From contig NZ_CBFHNB010000001.1 of assembly GCF_965657105.1 (NCBI RefSeq), positions 30,937-94,936 on the forward strand: a stretch of 64,000 bases of DNA, written 5' to 3'. Both the position numbers and the translations under genes were made by a program. Source of the stretch: Candidatus Puniceispirillum sp. GTDB taxonomy: Bacteria > Pseudomonadota > Alphaproteobacteria > Puniceispirillales > Puniceispirillaceae. Shown here in pieces: positions 18,718 to 26,763 of this stretch (positions within the stretch are counted from its first letter, which is position 1; the number at the start of each line of letters is the position of its first letter). The notes below the pieces were generated by a model. The model made no database searches. It was not told where the DNA came from and saw only the letters and a program-made list of their open reading frames with translations.

Positions 18718-19653
18718 ATGATCTTTGCCAAGATCCTATATAAACGAATCATGGAATTATGGGTTTTACTGGCTATTTTGGCAGCAGCTACACAAGCTTT
18801 GCGTTCAGCCGTTCAAAAGAAAATGACGCCTCAGCTTGGTAGCTATGGCGCGAGCTATATCCGTTTTTCCTATTCCTTCCCCTTTGCTTGGGCGATTGTG
18901 CTTGCCTATATGATGCTGGTCAATGTTGGCATACCCAGCCTGCCACCAATGTTCTGGTTCTGGATCAACATCGCCGCAATCACGCAAATCGCTTTTACGA
19001 TTCTTCTTATCATGCTGTTTTCGCATCGATCCTTTGCTGCCGCGGTTGCCTTTTCCAAAACCGAGGTGTTGCAAGCGGCACTGTTTGAAGCCATTATTCT
19101 TGGCGTTGTCGCCAGCCTGCAAACCGCCTTTGCCATCACGCTTGGTGTGGTGGCTACAATCATGCTGTCACTGGCAAAATCAAGTGTCACTAGCCATTCG
19201 ATTATGCTTACGATTTTCTCGAAACAAACTGGGTTTGGACTTGGGGCTGGTGCCTTTCTGGGCTTTTGCACGGTCGCTTATGGCGCGGCCATAAAATACA
19301 TACCCACAGATGATGTGATGCTGAATGCTGGATTGACCGCAGCCATTGCCGTCACAATCCAGACGCTTGGTTTTGGAGCTTGGATGTATGTCGCAAAACG
19401 CCATGAACTGGTCGCCAGCTTCGTATATTGGCGCGAAAGCACCATGGCGGGTTTATGGGGCACACTTTGTAGCCTGTTTTGGTTTGCGGCCTTCGCCATG
19501 CACGCTGTTGCCCCGGTACGCGCGGTTGGACAAATCGAATTGCTTATGAGCATCGGTTTTTCTTACTTCTATTTTAAAGAAAAAATCAGCCTGACCGAAC
19601 TGATCGCCATAGCACTACTGGCACTGTCCATCATTCTGGTGTTGCTGGCCTAG
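18718..19653 (+). CDS. DMT-superfamily (EamA-like) permease
   Basis: 311-aa ORF with about 10 TM helices in two EamA-like halves. An alternative start is ATG 18751 (MELWVLLAILAA). Confidence 0.75.
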   Translation: MIFAKILYKRIMELWVLLAILAAATQALRSAVQKKMTPQLGSYGASYIRFSYSFPFAWAIVLAYMMLVNVGIPSLPPMFWFWINIAAITQIAFTILLIMLFSHRSFAAAVAFSKTEVLQAALFEAIILGVVASLQTAFAITLGVVATIMLSLAKSSVTSHSIMLTIFSKQTGFGLGAGAFLGFCTVAYGAAIKYIPTDDVMLNAGLTAAIAVTIQTLGFGAWMYVAKRHELVASFVYWRESTMAGLWGTLCSLFWFAAFAMHAVAPVRAVGQIELLMSIGFSYFYFKEKISLTELIAIALLALSIILVLLA

Positions 19654-19665
19654 CCAAGGCACAAT

Positions 19666-19696
19666 CAGGCCAGTTTCAGGCCAGTTTCAGGCCAGT
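19666..19696. repeat. 11-nt tandem repeat CAGGCCAGTTT x2.8
   Basis: Read directly: CAGGCCAGTTT CAGGCCAGTTT CAGGCCAGT. It fills the convergent gap between the DMT gene and the coxM-like gene and overlaps the coxM-like stop codon. Confidence 0.9.
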
Positions 19697-20490
19697 AATT
19701 TTATCACCGCCTGCTTTGCCATTTGCACAACAAGATGCGCCCTAAAATCAGCATTGGCATGCATGTCAGATAGCAATAAATCCGGATCAACTGACACATC
19801 ATCAAGCACATCAGGGTTAAACCGCTTTTCCAAGGCCGCTTCAATGTCACTAGCCCTGAACACACCATCCTGACCAGCACCAGTCACCGCAACTTTGACC
19901 TGCCCATCATGCCGCTTGGCGACACATACACCAGCCAACGCATATCGTGATGCCGGGTTGGGGCATTTTACATAGGCACATATCTGATCAAGTGGAAAAT
20001 GAATAGCGGTAATGATTTCATGCCCATCCAACGCTGTTTCAAACATACCAACAAAAAAATCGTCTGCTGCAAAGATTTGTTGGTCAGTGTGAATAGTGGC
20101 ACCGGTTGCTAATAATGCCGCCGGATAGCACGCGGCTGGATCATTATTGGCAACTGAGCCCCCAATTGTGCCACGGTTACGCACATGCGGGTCACCAATC
20201 TGCCCGGCAAGATCAGCCACGCCGGGCAAATAGCTACGCACCAATTCATGACCCGCAACCAGCGCATGAGATGCCATCGCACCTATCTGCATATTATTAT
20301 CGCTGACCGTAATCTTGGTAATATCAGCTATGCCACCAAGATCGACAAGCATATCAGGCGCGGCTAAACGCTGTTTTAGCGTCGGGATAAGGGTCATGCC
20401 GCCAGCCAGTAATTTTCCATCTTCCGCCGCCGTCAGAAAATCACGCGCCGACGCATAGCTGTGGGCTTTCTTATAGATCAGATCATACAT
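19687..20490 (-). CDS. FAD-binding medium subunit of a xanthine-dehydrogenase-family molybdoenzyme (CoxM/PaoB-like)
   Basis: 267 aa with FAD_binding_5 motifs ([32 protein letters not shown]). It overlaps the small-subunit gene by 8 nt. Confidence 0.8.
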   Translation of the reverse strand: MYDLIYKKAHSYASARDFLTAAEDGKLLAGGMTLIPTLKQRLAAPDMLVDLGGIADITKITVSDNNMQIGAMASHALVAGHELVRSYLPGVADLAGQIGDPHVRNRGTIGGSVANNDPAACYPAALLATGATIHTDQQIFAADDFFVGMFETALDGHEIITAIHFPLDQICAYVKCPNPASRYALAGVCVAKRHDGQVKVAVTGAGQDGVFRASDIEAALEKRFNPDVLDDVSVDPDLLLSDMHANADFRAHLVVQMAKQAVIKLLA

Positions 20491-20980
20491 GATCTACCTC
20501 ATCCACCATATCACTAGCACTCATCACGCGCGCCGCCTGCTGAACTGATTTGATAATATTGTTATAGCCAGTACAGCGACAGATATTCCCTTCAAGAGCG
20601 CGGCTAATTTCATCAATGTCAGTCGTCGGATTATGCGCCAGAAAATCAACTGCCGTCATGATCATGCCTGGCGTGCAATAGCCACATTGCAAACCGTGAT
20701 TATCAATGAATGCCTGTTGAACCGGATGCAGATCATCACCCTTGGCCAAACCTTCGATTGTGGTTAGCCGCGCGCCATCTGCTTGCACAGCCAGCATGGT
20801 GCACGCCTTTATCGCCATCCCATCAAGATGAATAACACAGGCACCACACTGGCTCGTATCACATCCGATATGCGTACCTGTCAGCTGCAACATTTCGCGC
20901 AAAAAAACACCAAGTAGCATAGTGTCTTCGACATCGGCTGTTACTGGCGTCTCATTCACAACAAGATTAACGATAGTCAT
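20483..20980 (-). CDS. [2Fe-2S]-binding small subunit of a xanthine-dehydrogenase-family molybdoenzyme (CoxS/PaoA-like)
   Basis: 165 aa with both Fe-S cluster motifs intact ([16 protein letters not shown]...C; QCGYCTPG; CRCTGY). Confidence 0.85.
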   Translation of the reverse strand: MTIVNLVVNETPVTADVEDTMLLGVFLREMLQLTGTHIGCDTSQCGACVIHLDGMAIKACTMLAVQADGARLTTIEGLAKGDDLHPVQQAFIDNHGLQCGYCTPGMIMTAVDFLAHNPTTDIDEISRALEGNICRCTGYNNIIKSVQQAARVMSASDMVDEVDHV

Positions 20981-21198
20981 TATTGCGGCCTTTCACATCA
21001 TCTGTCATCAAACATGCCGATATGCCAGCAGCTTATGACAAAGCTATCCTTGCGCCAATTTATACCAAGGTCAATATTACCGGACTACATATATAATATC
21101 AGTTAGATACTGTTGATATATTTTATAAAATAGCCCAATAAGCCGCGTGGAAGAGGGCGTTTCACCAAAGCTGGATCGATAATATGATGCAAACTTGG

Positions 21199-21234
21199 CC
21201 TGACTTGCCTTTAAACCCTGACTTGCCTTTTAAC
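21199..21234. repeat. 18-nt tandem direct repeat (CCTGACTTGCCTTT+AAAC / +TAAC)
   Basis: Read directly. Two adjacent copies share an identical 14-nt core. They lie about 220-255 nt upstream of the coxS-like start, inside a 498-bp non-coding gap. Confidence 0.9.
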
Positions 21235-21259
21235 ATAGTGATGGTTTTTACAGCCCTAG

Positions 21260-21445
21260 GCATTCACACGCTTTGTTTGGCTAAACGGAGCATTCGAGGC
21301 AGGTTGACAGGTGGTTATGCAGCGGATTGCAAACCCAGTAGCTGCATCTATTTACCTGACCGGCAAGCTTTACAATTATGAAGATGGACTGGAAGGCTTC
21401 AAGGCCTTTGTCGAAAACCGTGGTGCTGTCTGGAAAGACAAATAG
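21260..21445 (+). pseudogene. Decayed remnant of an enoyl-CoA hydratase/isomerase (crotonase) C-terminus
   Basis: One frame reads AFTRFVWLNGAFEAG*QVVMQRIANPVAASIYLTGKLYNYEDGLEGFKAFVENRGAVWKDK*. The tail ED..EG..AF.E.R....W..K is the canonical crotonase C-terminal motif. There is an in-frame TGA at 21305-21307, and about 200 N-terminal residues and an internal segment are missing. Confidence 0.4.
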
Positions 21446-21478
21446 GGCACAGGCTAACGTCGCCAGCGCCACCAGCAC

Positions 21479-22477
21479 CTAGACGACAAGACCCTCGATG
21501 GTCTCAAGAAGAGCCGCATTAACAGCGCGTGCGCCTGTATCAAGGCGGTTTTTATGGCGGCGGGCACCAGGCAATCGCACACCATCCATTGCATTGAGCT
21601 TGGCCACAAAGCCCTCAACATGCTCTGACCAGTCAGGCCCTGCAATAATATCGGGGGACATGGCAAGAATCATTTCACCGCCACGGGCAGGTCCACCATC
21701 ACCATTGTCATTTTCTTTGGCTTCAAAGCTAAATTGTTCCCCTGTCAAGCCAGCAGCCAGCAATTCAACCATCATCGAAATCGCCGAGCCTTTATAGCCA
21801 CCAAATGGCAAAAGAACACCTTTCGCGATTTGAGCTGGATCAGTCGTTGGCTTACCATCCTGATCAAGACCAGTACCTATAGGGACTGTTCGCCCATCGC
21901 GCGCGGCAATCTGTATGTCACCCATCGCCATTGACGCTGTTGCCATATCATATACCACCGGCGTTGAACCAGGACGCGGCCATGCAAAGGAAATTGGATT
22001 CGTTCCAAACAGAGCTGTCGTTGATCCAGCTGGCGCAACCGCCGGCATATAGGCTGTACAGGCAATACCAACAAGACCACGATCGGCCAGAAATTCGGTT
22101 TCGGGCCATAGGGCGGCAAAATGGTGAACACCAATCAGTGATAAAGCACCAATGCCAATCTCTTTGGCCGCTTCAGCCAGAACCGGCAAACCGGCGGCTT
22201 GCGCGATGGGGGCAAAACAGCCATGTCCATCAACCTGAATAACTGCTGGTGTGATTTTAGTGACTGTTGGTTTTGCCTTGCCATTAACCTTACCGCTTCG
22301 CAGTGCTTTAACATATCCTGGCACGCGAAACAGGCCATGTGAATGCGACCCGTCACGTTCGGCACGTGTCATTATATCTGCCAGGGCCATAGCATTCTCG
22401 TCGTCACAGCCATTGGCCAGCATAACGCGGATAATCAGAGCGCTTATTTCATCGAGCGTCAGGTCAACAGTACTCAT
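21479..22477 (-). CDS. Ldh2-family (malate/L-lactate dehydrogenase 2 family) NAD(P)H oxidoreductase; specificity unknown (DpkA-, AllD- or ComC-like)
   Basis: 332 aa with family hallmarks (ERDGSHSHGLFRVPGYV, FGTNPISFAWP, PFGGYKGSAISMMVELLAG). It lies 42 nt downstream of proV on the same strand. Confidence 0.8.
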   Translation of the reverse strand: MSTVDLTLDEISALIIRVMLANGCDDENAMALADIMTRAERDGSHSHGLFRVPGYVKALRSGKVNGKAKPTVTKITPAVIQVDGHGCFAPIAQAAGLPVLAEAAKEIGIGALSLIGVHHFAALWPETEFLADRGLVGIACTAYMPAVAPAGSTTALFGTNPISFAWPRPGSTPVVYDMATASMAMGDIQIAARDGRTVPIGTGLDQDGKPTTDPAQIAKGVLLPFGGYKGSAISMMVELLAAGLTGEQFSFEAKENDNGDGGPARGGEMILAMSPDIIAGPDWSEHVEGFVAKLNAMDGVRLPGARRHKNRLDTGARAVNAALLETIEGLVV

Positions 22478-22519
22478 GGCAACAGCTTTCTGTGTATCAG
22501 GTATTACTTGAAGCGCGTA

Positions 22520-23566
22520 TTACTTGTAGCGCGGTGTCGCTGAATCCCGATCTGGGCGGGCAATGGCCGCGATCGCTGTTTCCAAAGACACCGAACCAAC
22601 CGTTTTACCTTTATCATCTACACAGCATCCCGTTGACACACCTTGCTTTGTCATCTGCTGTAACGCGACCTCAATAGGCGTATCACAAGTCAGCTTGGGA
22701 CCAGATGCGCGTGATGCCGCCTTCATGATTGAACGTACCTCGATAACACGACCCCGGTTGATATCCTTGATGAAGTCAGAAATATAGTCATCTGATGGGC
22801 GCATGATAATATCCTGCGGGTCACCTTGCTGGATCACTTCACCATCGCGCAAGATGGAAACCTGATCGCCAATACGCAAGGCTTCGTCAAGGTCATGCGT
22901 GATAAACACAATGGTCTTGTGCAATTCTTCCTGCAGATCAAGCAGGATATCTTGCATATCCGTCCGGATCAGCGGATCAAGAGCCGAAAAGGCTTCGTCC
23001 ATCAACAGGATTTCAGCGTCAGTTGCCAGTGCCCGCGCCAAACCAACACGCTGTTGCATGCCGCCTGATAGCTGTGCAGGATAATGATTTTCAAACCCCC
23101 CAAGGCCAACCCGGTCAATCCAATGCTGGGCACGCTCTTTGGCTTCGGCCTCAAGCACCCCCTGAATGGTCAGACCATAAGCCGCATTCTGGGCCACAGT
23201 TCTGTGTGGTAGTAATGCGAATTTCTGGAACACCATTGATGATTTATGCCGGCGGAATTCACGCAGATCTTCTGGTGACATCGCCAGCACATCTTCGCCA
23301 TCAACAATCATCTGACCTTCGGTCGGCTCGATCAAACGGTTAATATGGCGTATCAAAGTTGACTTACCGGACCCCGACAGGCCCATGATAACCTGAATAC
23401 GCTTTGCCGGAATATCAATATTGATATCCCGCAAACCTAGCACGTGACCATGTTCATCAAGCAAACTTTGCTTAGTGGCACCCGCACGAACATATTCCAT
23501 GGCACGTTTTGGATTATCACCAAACACTTTATAGAGTTTGCTAATTTTAATTTTTGTATCAGTCAT
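22520..23566 (-). CDS. proV: Glycine betaine/proline betaine-type ABC transporter ATP-binding protein with C-terminal CBS pair
   Basis: Walker A GLSGSGKST, signature LSGGMQQRVGLARA and a CBS-like tail. Start at ATG 23566 (MTDTKIKISKLYKVFG) overlaps the proW stop by 8 nt. The ORF is open to 23659. Confidence 0.85.
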   Translation of the reverse strand: MTDTKIKISKLYKVFGDNPKRAMEYVRAGATKQSLLDEHGHVLGLRDINIDIPAKRIQVIMGLSGSGKSTLIRHINRLIEPTEGQMIVDGEDVLAMSPEDLREFRRHKSSMVFQKFALLPHRTVAQNAAYGLTIQGVLEAEAKERAQHWIDRVGLGGFENHYPAQLSGGMQQRVGLARALATDAEILLMDEAFSALDPLIRTDMQDILLDLQEELHKTIVFITHDLDEALRIGDQVSILRDGEVIQQGDPQDIIMRPSDDYISDFIKDINRGRVIEVRSIMKAASRASGPKLTCDTPIEVALQQMTKQGVSTGCCVDDKGKTVGSVSLETAIAAIARPDRDSATPRYK

Positions 23567-24458
23567 GGTCAGCTCCTTGGCGGTGGGCTTGTAAACGCCG
23601 CCCATAAGCTTGTGAAACACGGTCAAAGATAATTGCCAAAGCCACGATGGCAAGGCCATTCATGAGGCCAAGCGCAAGATACTGGTTTGCAACTGCCTGA
23701 AGCACAGGAACGCCAAGCCCCTTCACACCAATCATTGACGCGATAACCACCATGGCCAGAGCCATCATAATTGTCTGGTTCACCCCAGCAAAAATATTTG
23801 GAAGCGCCAACGGAATCTGCACGCCAAAGAGACGTTGTTTATAATTAGCACCAAAGGCATCGGCGGCCTCGAGCACTTCCTTATCAACAAGGCGTATGCC
23901 AAGGTTGGTCAAACGGACAATCGGCGGGATTGCATAAATACAAACCGCAATCATGCCAGGTACCTTGCCGATTCCCAGTAACATTACAACCGGAATCAGA
24001 TACACAAAGCTCGGGATTGTCTGCATAATATCTAGTATGGGCGTAATGATTGATTGCGCCCGGTTTGACCTTGCCATCAATATGCCTAACGGAATGCCAA
24101 AACCAATACATATTAACGTGGCAACAGAAATAATCGCCAACGTCGCCATTGTGTCTTCCCACATGCCAAAACGGCCAATGATGAAAAATGCGATAATTGA
24201 CCCTAACGCCAACTTCCAACTGCGTGAACCAAGCCATGCAAGTCCGGCGATGATGCCTATAATGATTGGCCAAGGCGTTGCAATCAGAAGTCTTTCAAAC
24301 CAGATCATAAATTGAAGAAGTGGGTCAAAAAACGACTCTAAACTCTCACCATAATTACGTGAGAAAGACTTAAAGGCAAAATCGACAGTTTTTTTAATAT
24401 CGCGGAGTTCTTGTCGCCCTAATTCGGGAAACTCTTCTAGAAATTCCATTTCTGGCAC
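23559..24458 (-). CDS. proW: Glycine betaine/proline betaine-type ABC transporter permease
   Basis: 299-aa BPD-type permease with a ProW-like sequence. Confidence 0.85.
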   Translation of the reverse strand: MPEMEFLEEFPELGRQELRDIKKTVDFAFKSFSRNYGESLESFFDPLLQFMIWFERLLIATPWPIIIGIIAGLAWLGSRSWKLALGSIIAFFIIGRFGMWEDTMATLAIISVATLICIGFGIPLGILMARSNRAQSIITPILDIMQTIPSFVYLIPVVMLLGIGKVPGMIAVCIYAIPPIVRLTNLGIRLVDKEVLEAADAFGANYKQRLFGVQIPLALPNIFAGVNQTIMMALAMVVIASMIGVKGLGVPVLQAVANQYLALGLMNGLAIVALAIIFDRVSQAYGRRLQAHRQGADHD

Positions 24459-24478
24459 CTATAGATTAAATATTAACA

Positions 24479-24502
24479 GGCCTGCCAGTTTCCTGGCAGA
24501 CC
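24479..24502 (-). promoter_or_regulatory. Intercistronic stem-loop between proX and proW
   Basis: GGCCTGCCAG-TTTC-CTGGCAGACC forms a 10-bp stem with one mismatch. No U-tract follows it on the coding (minus) strand. Confidence 0.4.
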
Positions 24503-24523
24503 AAAGTTTTGAGTGAGGCTATT

Positions 24524-25537
24524 TTACAGAGCCGCCTTAACTTTTGCAGCAACATCTGATGATACCCAGCTAGACCAGACATCACTATGCTTTGACAAGA
24601 ACTCATAAGCGGCATCTTCACCGTTTGCTTGCTCTTCAGTCATGTAAACGAGCATACCGTTCATAACCGGGCCTGGGTAAACACGCTTTGTCAAATAGTC
24701 ATTGGCATCACCAGCACGCTTCTTGAAGTCATCAGTAATAACAGTGTTCACAACTGACTCTGTCCAAGCAGATGGCTTTGGGTCTTCACACTCTTGCTCT
24801 GGCAGGGCAATACAACCATCCCAGTTATCTGCACCAGCGAAAGGCACGCCGAAATCCATCATCTGCATGTCGTATTTACCAATCATATCAGTTGGTGCCC
24901 AATAATAACCAAGCCAGTTCTGTTTGCTATCTGCTGCTTTTGAAATTGAGCCATTGAGACCTGCAGATGAACCAGGATCAACCAGCAACCAGCCTTTGGC
25001 TTCCATATCAAAGGCGCGATACAGATTATTGGTGGTCAACTGGCAATTCCAGCCTGATGGACATGTGTGAAGCGCACCTTTTGATGGATCTTCGGGATGC
25101 GGGAACAAGTCAGGACGCTCAATAACATCCAAAACAGACTTCAACTCAGGATGATCTTTCAACGTGTGCGGCAAAACAAACCAACCTTCACCAAGGCCTG
25201 TGATTGGGGCAGCAGACGCAATATGCAAGCGGCCTTCATCAACAGCTACAGCAAGGGGCCGTGCAACAGCATTAGCCCACAGCTCAGGGGCAATATCCGG
25301 CACACCCTTTTCCATCATTGACGTGGCAGTAGGCATTGTGTCGCCTGGCACGATTTCAACTTCGCATCCATAGCCTTCTGACAGGATGATTTTGTCAACT
25401 TGCGCCATTAACGCTGCAGAATTCCAGTTCATCTCTGCAATTGTTACAGTTCCACAATGGCCATCAGCAGACGCCTGACCAGCAAGACCGATCGCACCTG
25501 AGGCAATTATGGCTGTAGATAAAAGTATCTTTTTCAT
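24524..25537 (-). CDS. proX: Quaternary-amine (glycine betaine family) ABC substrate-binding protein
   Basis: 337 aa with a signal peptide (MKKILLSTAIIASGAIGLAGQASA). OpuAC/ProX-like and Trp-rich (MNWNSAAL...). Confidence 0.8.
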   Translation of the reverse strand: MKKILLSTAIIASGAIGLAGQASADGHCGTVTIAEMNWNSAALMAQVDKIILSEGYGCEVEIVPGDTMPTATSMMEKGVPDIAPELWANAVARPLAVAVDEGRLHIASAAPITGLGEGWFVLPHTLKDHPELKSVLDVIERPDLFPHPEDPSKGALHTCPSGWNCQLTTNNLYRAFDMEAKGWLLVDPGSSAGLNGSISKAADSKQNWLGYYWAPTDMIGKYDMQMMDFGVPFAGADNWDGCIALPEQECEDPKPSAWTESVVNTVITDDFKKRAGDANDYLTKRVYPGPVMNGMLVYMTEEQANGEDAAYEFLSKHSDVWSSWVSSDVAAKVKAAL

Positions 25538-25736
25538 TTGGGTTTCCTCTCCCGTTTCTTAATGTTGGGCACTTTGTGCCACCGTTATTGCCATAAACTT
25601 TAGTTATGACATCGCAAAAAATAGTTCAAATCACGACATATGACGGTGCAATTACACCATTTACAAATATCCAAACTCATCTAAGACATGCTGTGATTTG
25701 TTAATTAGTAACACTTTAACGCCTTAAACTGTCAAA

Positions 25737-26471
25737 TCAATGCCTATATTCTGGCTCTTCTTCGTCAAGGATCGTGCGAATCGCCGTCAGATGTGCCTCT
25801 TGGTCAGTATCATAATGTTCCCATTGCGATGCTGTTTTTTCAGCAACATCGTCAGAAACATACGCCAATGGCATGCCCGATGACAAAGCCGTTATATATG
25901 TGCGGCACCCACGCTCAAAATGATAAGCAAGGTCAAATGCCAGTGACGGCGTTTCAGCCACCGTCATCAAACCGTGGCTTCCCATCATCATGGTGCGGCG
26001 ATTACCAAGCAAGGTTGATAAACGTTCCGCTTCATCATCAAGACCCATACCATCAAAACCGGTATCTATGGCAACTCTGTTATGATAACGGCAGGTTGTC
26101 TGGTCTATGGCGGGCAAGGATGGGTCTTTTAAGGCACTAAGCGCGGTCGCATAATGCGTGTGAAGATGCACGATACATCGCGCCTGAGGGTTATTACGAT
26201 GCATTGCACCATGGATCGCCCATGCTGTCGGATCAATATTATCAGCTTGTTCCTTGGCCGACTTGTGCGCATCCAGCAACAATAGATCACTGGCTTTCAT
26301 CTTTGAAAAATGCACACCATAGGGATTCATCAAGAATTGCTGGCCGTCATCTGAAACAGCATAGGAAAAATGATTCGCAATACCCTCATGCATGTTTTCA
26401 CGTGCTGTCCATCTAAAAATGGCGGCTAGATCACAGCGTGCTTCATCAAGATCAACAACTATGTTTGACAT
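25737..26471 (-). CDS. Class II aldolase/adducin-head family protein (metal-dependent aldolase/decarboxylase/dehydratase fold), function unknown
   Basis: 244 aa with His-rich metal motifs (AIHGAMH ... IVHLHTHY) typical of the AraD/FucA/MtnB fold. Confidence 0.75.
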   Translation of the reverse strand: MSNIVVDLDEARCDLAAIFRWTARENMHEGIANHFSYAVSDDGQQFLMNPYGVHFSKMKASDLLLLDAHKSAKEQADNIDPTAWAIHGAMHRNNPQARCIVHLHTHYATALSALKDPSLPAIDQTTCRYHNRVAIDTGFDGMGLDDEAERLSTLLGNRRTMMMGSHGLMTVAETPSLAFDLAYHFERGCRTYITALSSGMPLAYVSDDVAEKTASQWEHYDTDQEAHLTAIRTILDEEEPEYRH

Positions 26472-26695
26472 CGTTTACCTCCCAGACTTTATCACAATCC
26501 TTAATTGGATTCATGATTCGTCCATAACAGTATGGTGCCGAAAAGATCGGGGGTTTGTCCAGACCAATTTATCTGCCAAAGATGAACCAGAATTGACATT
26601 TAACGCATAATCGGCAAAGGCTGATACTTAAACAAGGCTGGTTTGCTATTTAGCTGGCTGAAAAGGCGGCAGATAGATACAAATGCCCCCCGAAA

Positions 26696-26722
26696 CATAA
26701 TATTAAGTATCATAATATTAAG
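26696..26722. repeat. Two copies of CATAATATTAAG spaced 3 nt apart (candidate operator)
   Basis: Read directly: CATAATATTAAG tat CATAATATTAAG. Each copy contains the palindrome TAATATTA. The pair lies 42-68 nt upstream of the aldehyde dehydrogenase ATG. Confidence 0.85.
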
Positions 26723-26763
26723 AATCACAATTCTAGAATCCTATTTAACAAGGTTAAAGAATC

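Noticed and set aside
19687-20980. Calling the coxS/coxM-like pair a carbon monoxide dehydrogenase (evidence for CO oxidation)
   Set aside because: Substrate specificity in this family resides in the large subunit, which is absent from the window. The S and M subunits alone cannot distinguish CODH from other molybdenum hydroxylases.
21184-21478. 65-aa ORFs on both strands in the 498-bp gap
   Set aside because: Neither has motifs or an SD. The region is better explained as decayed DNA carrying a crotonase remnant in a different frame.
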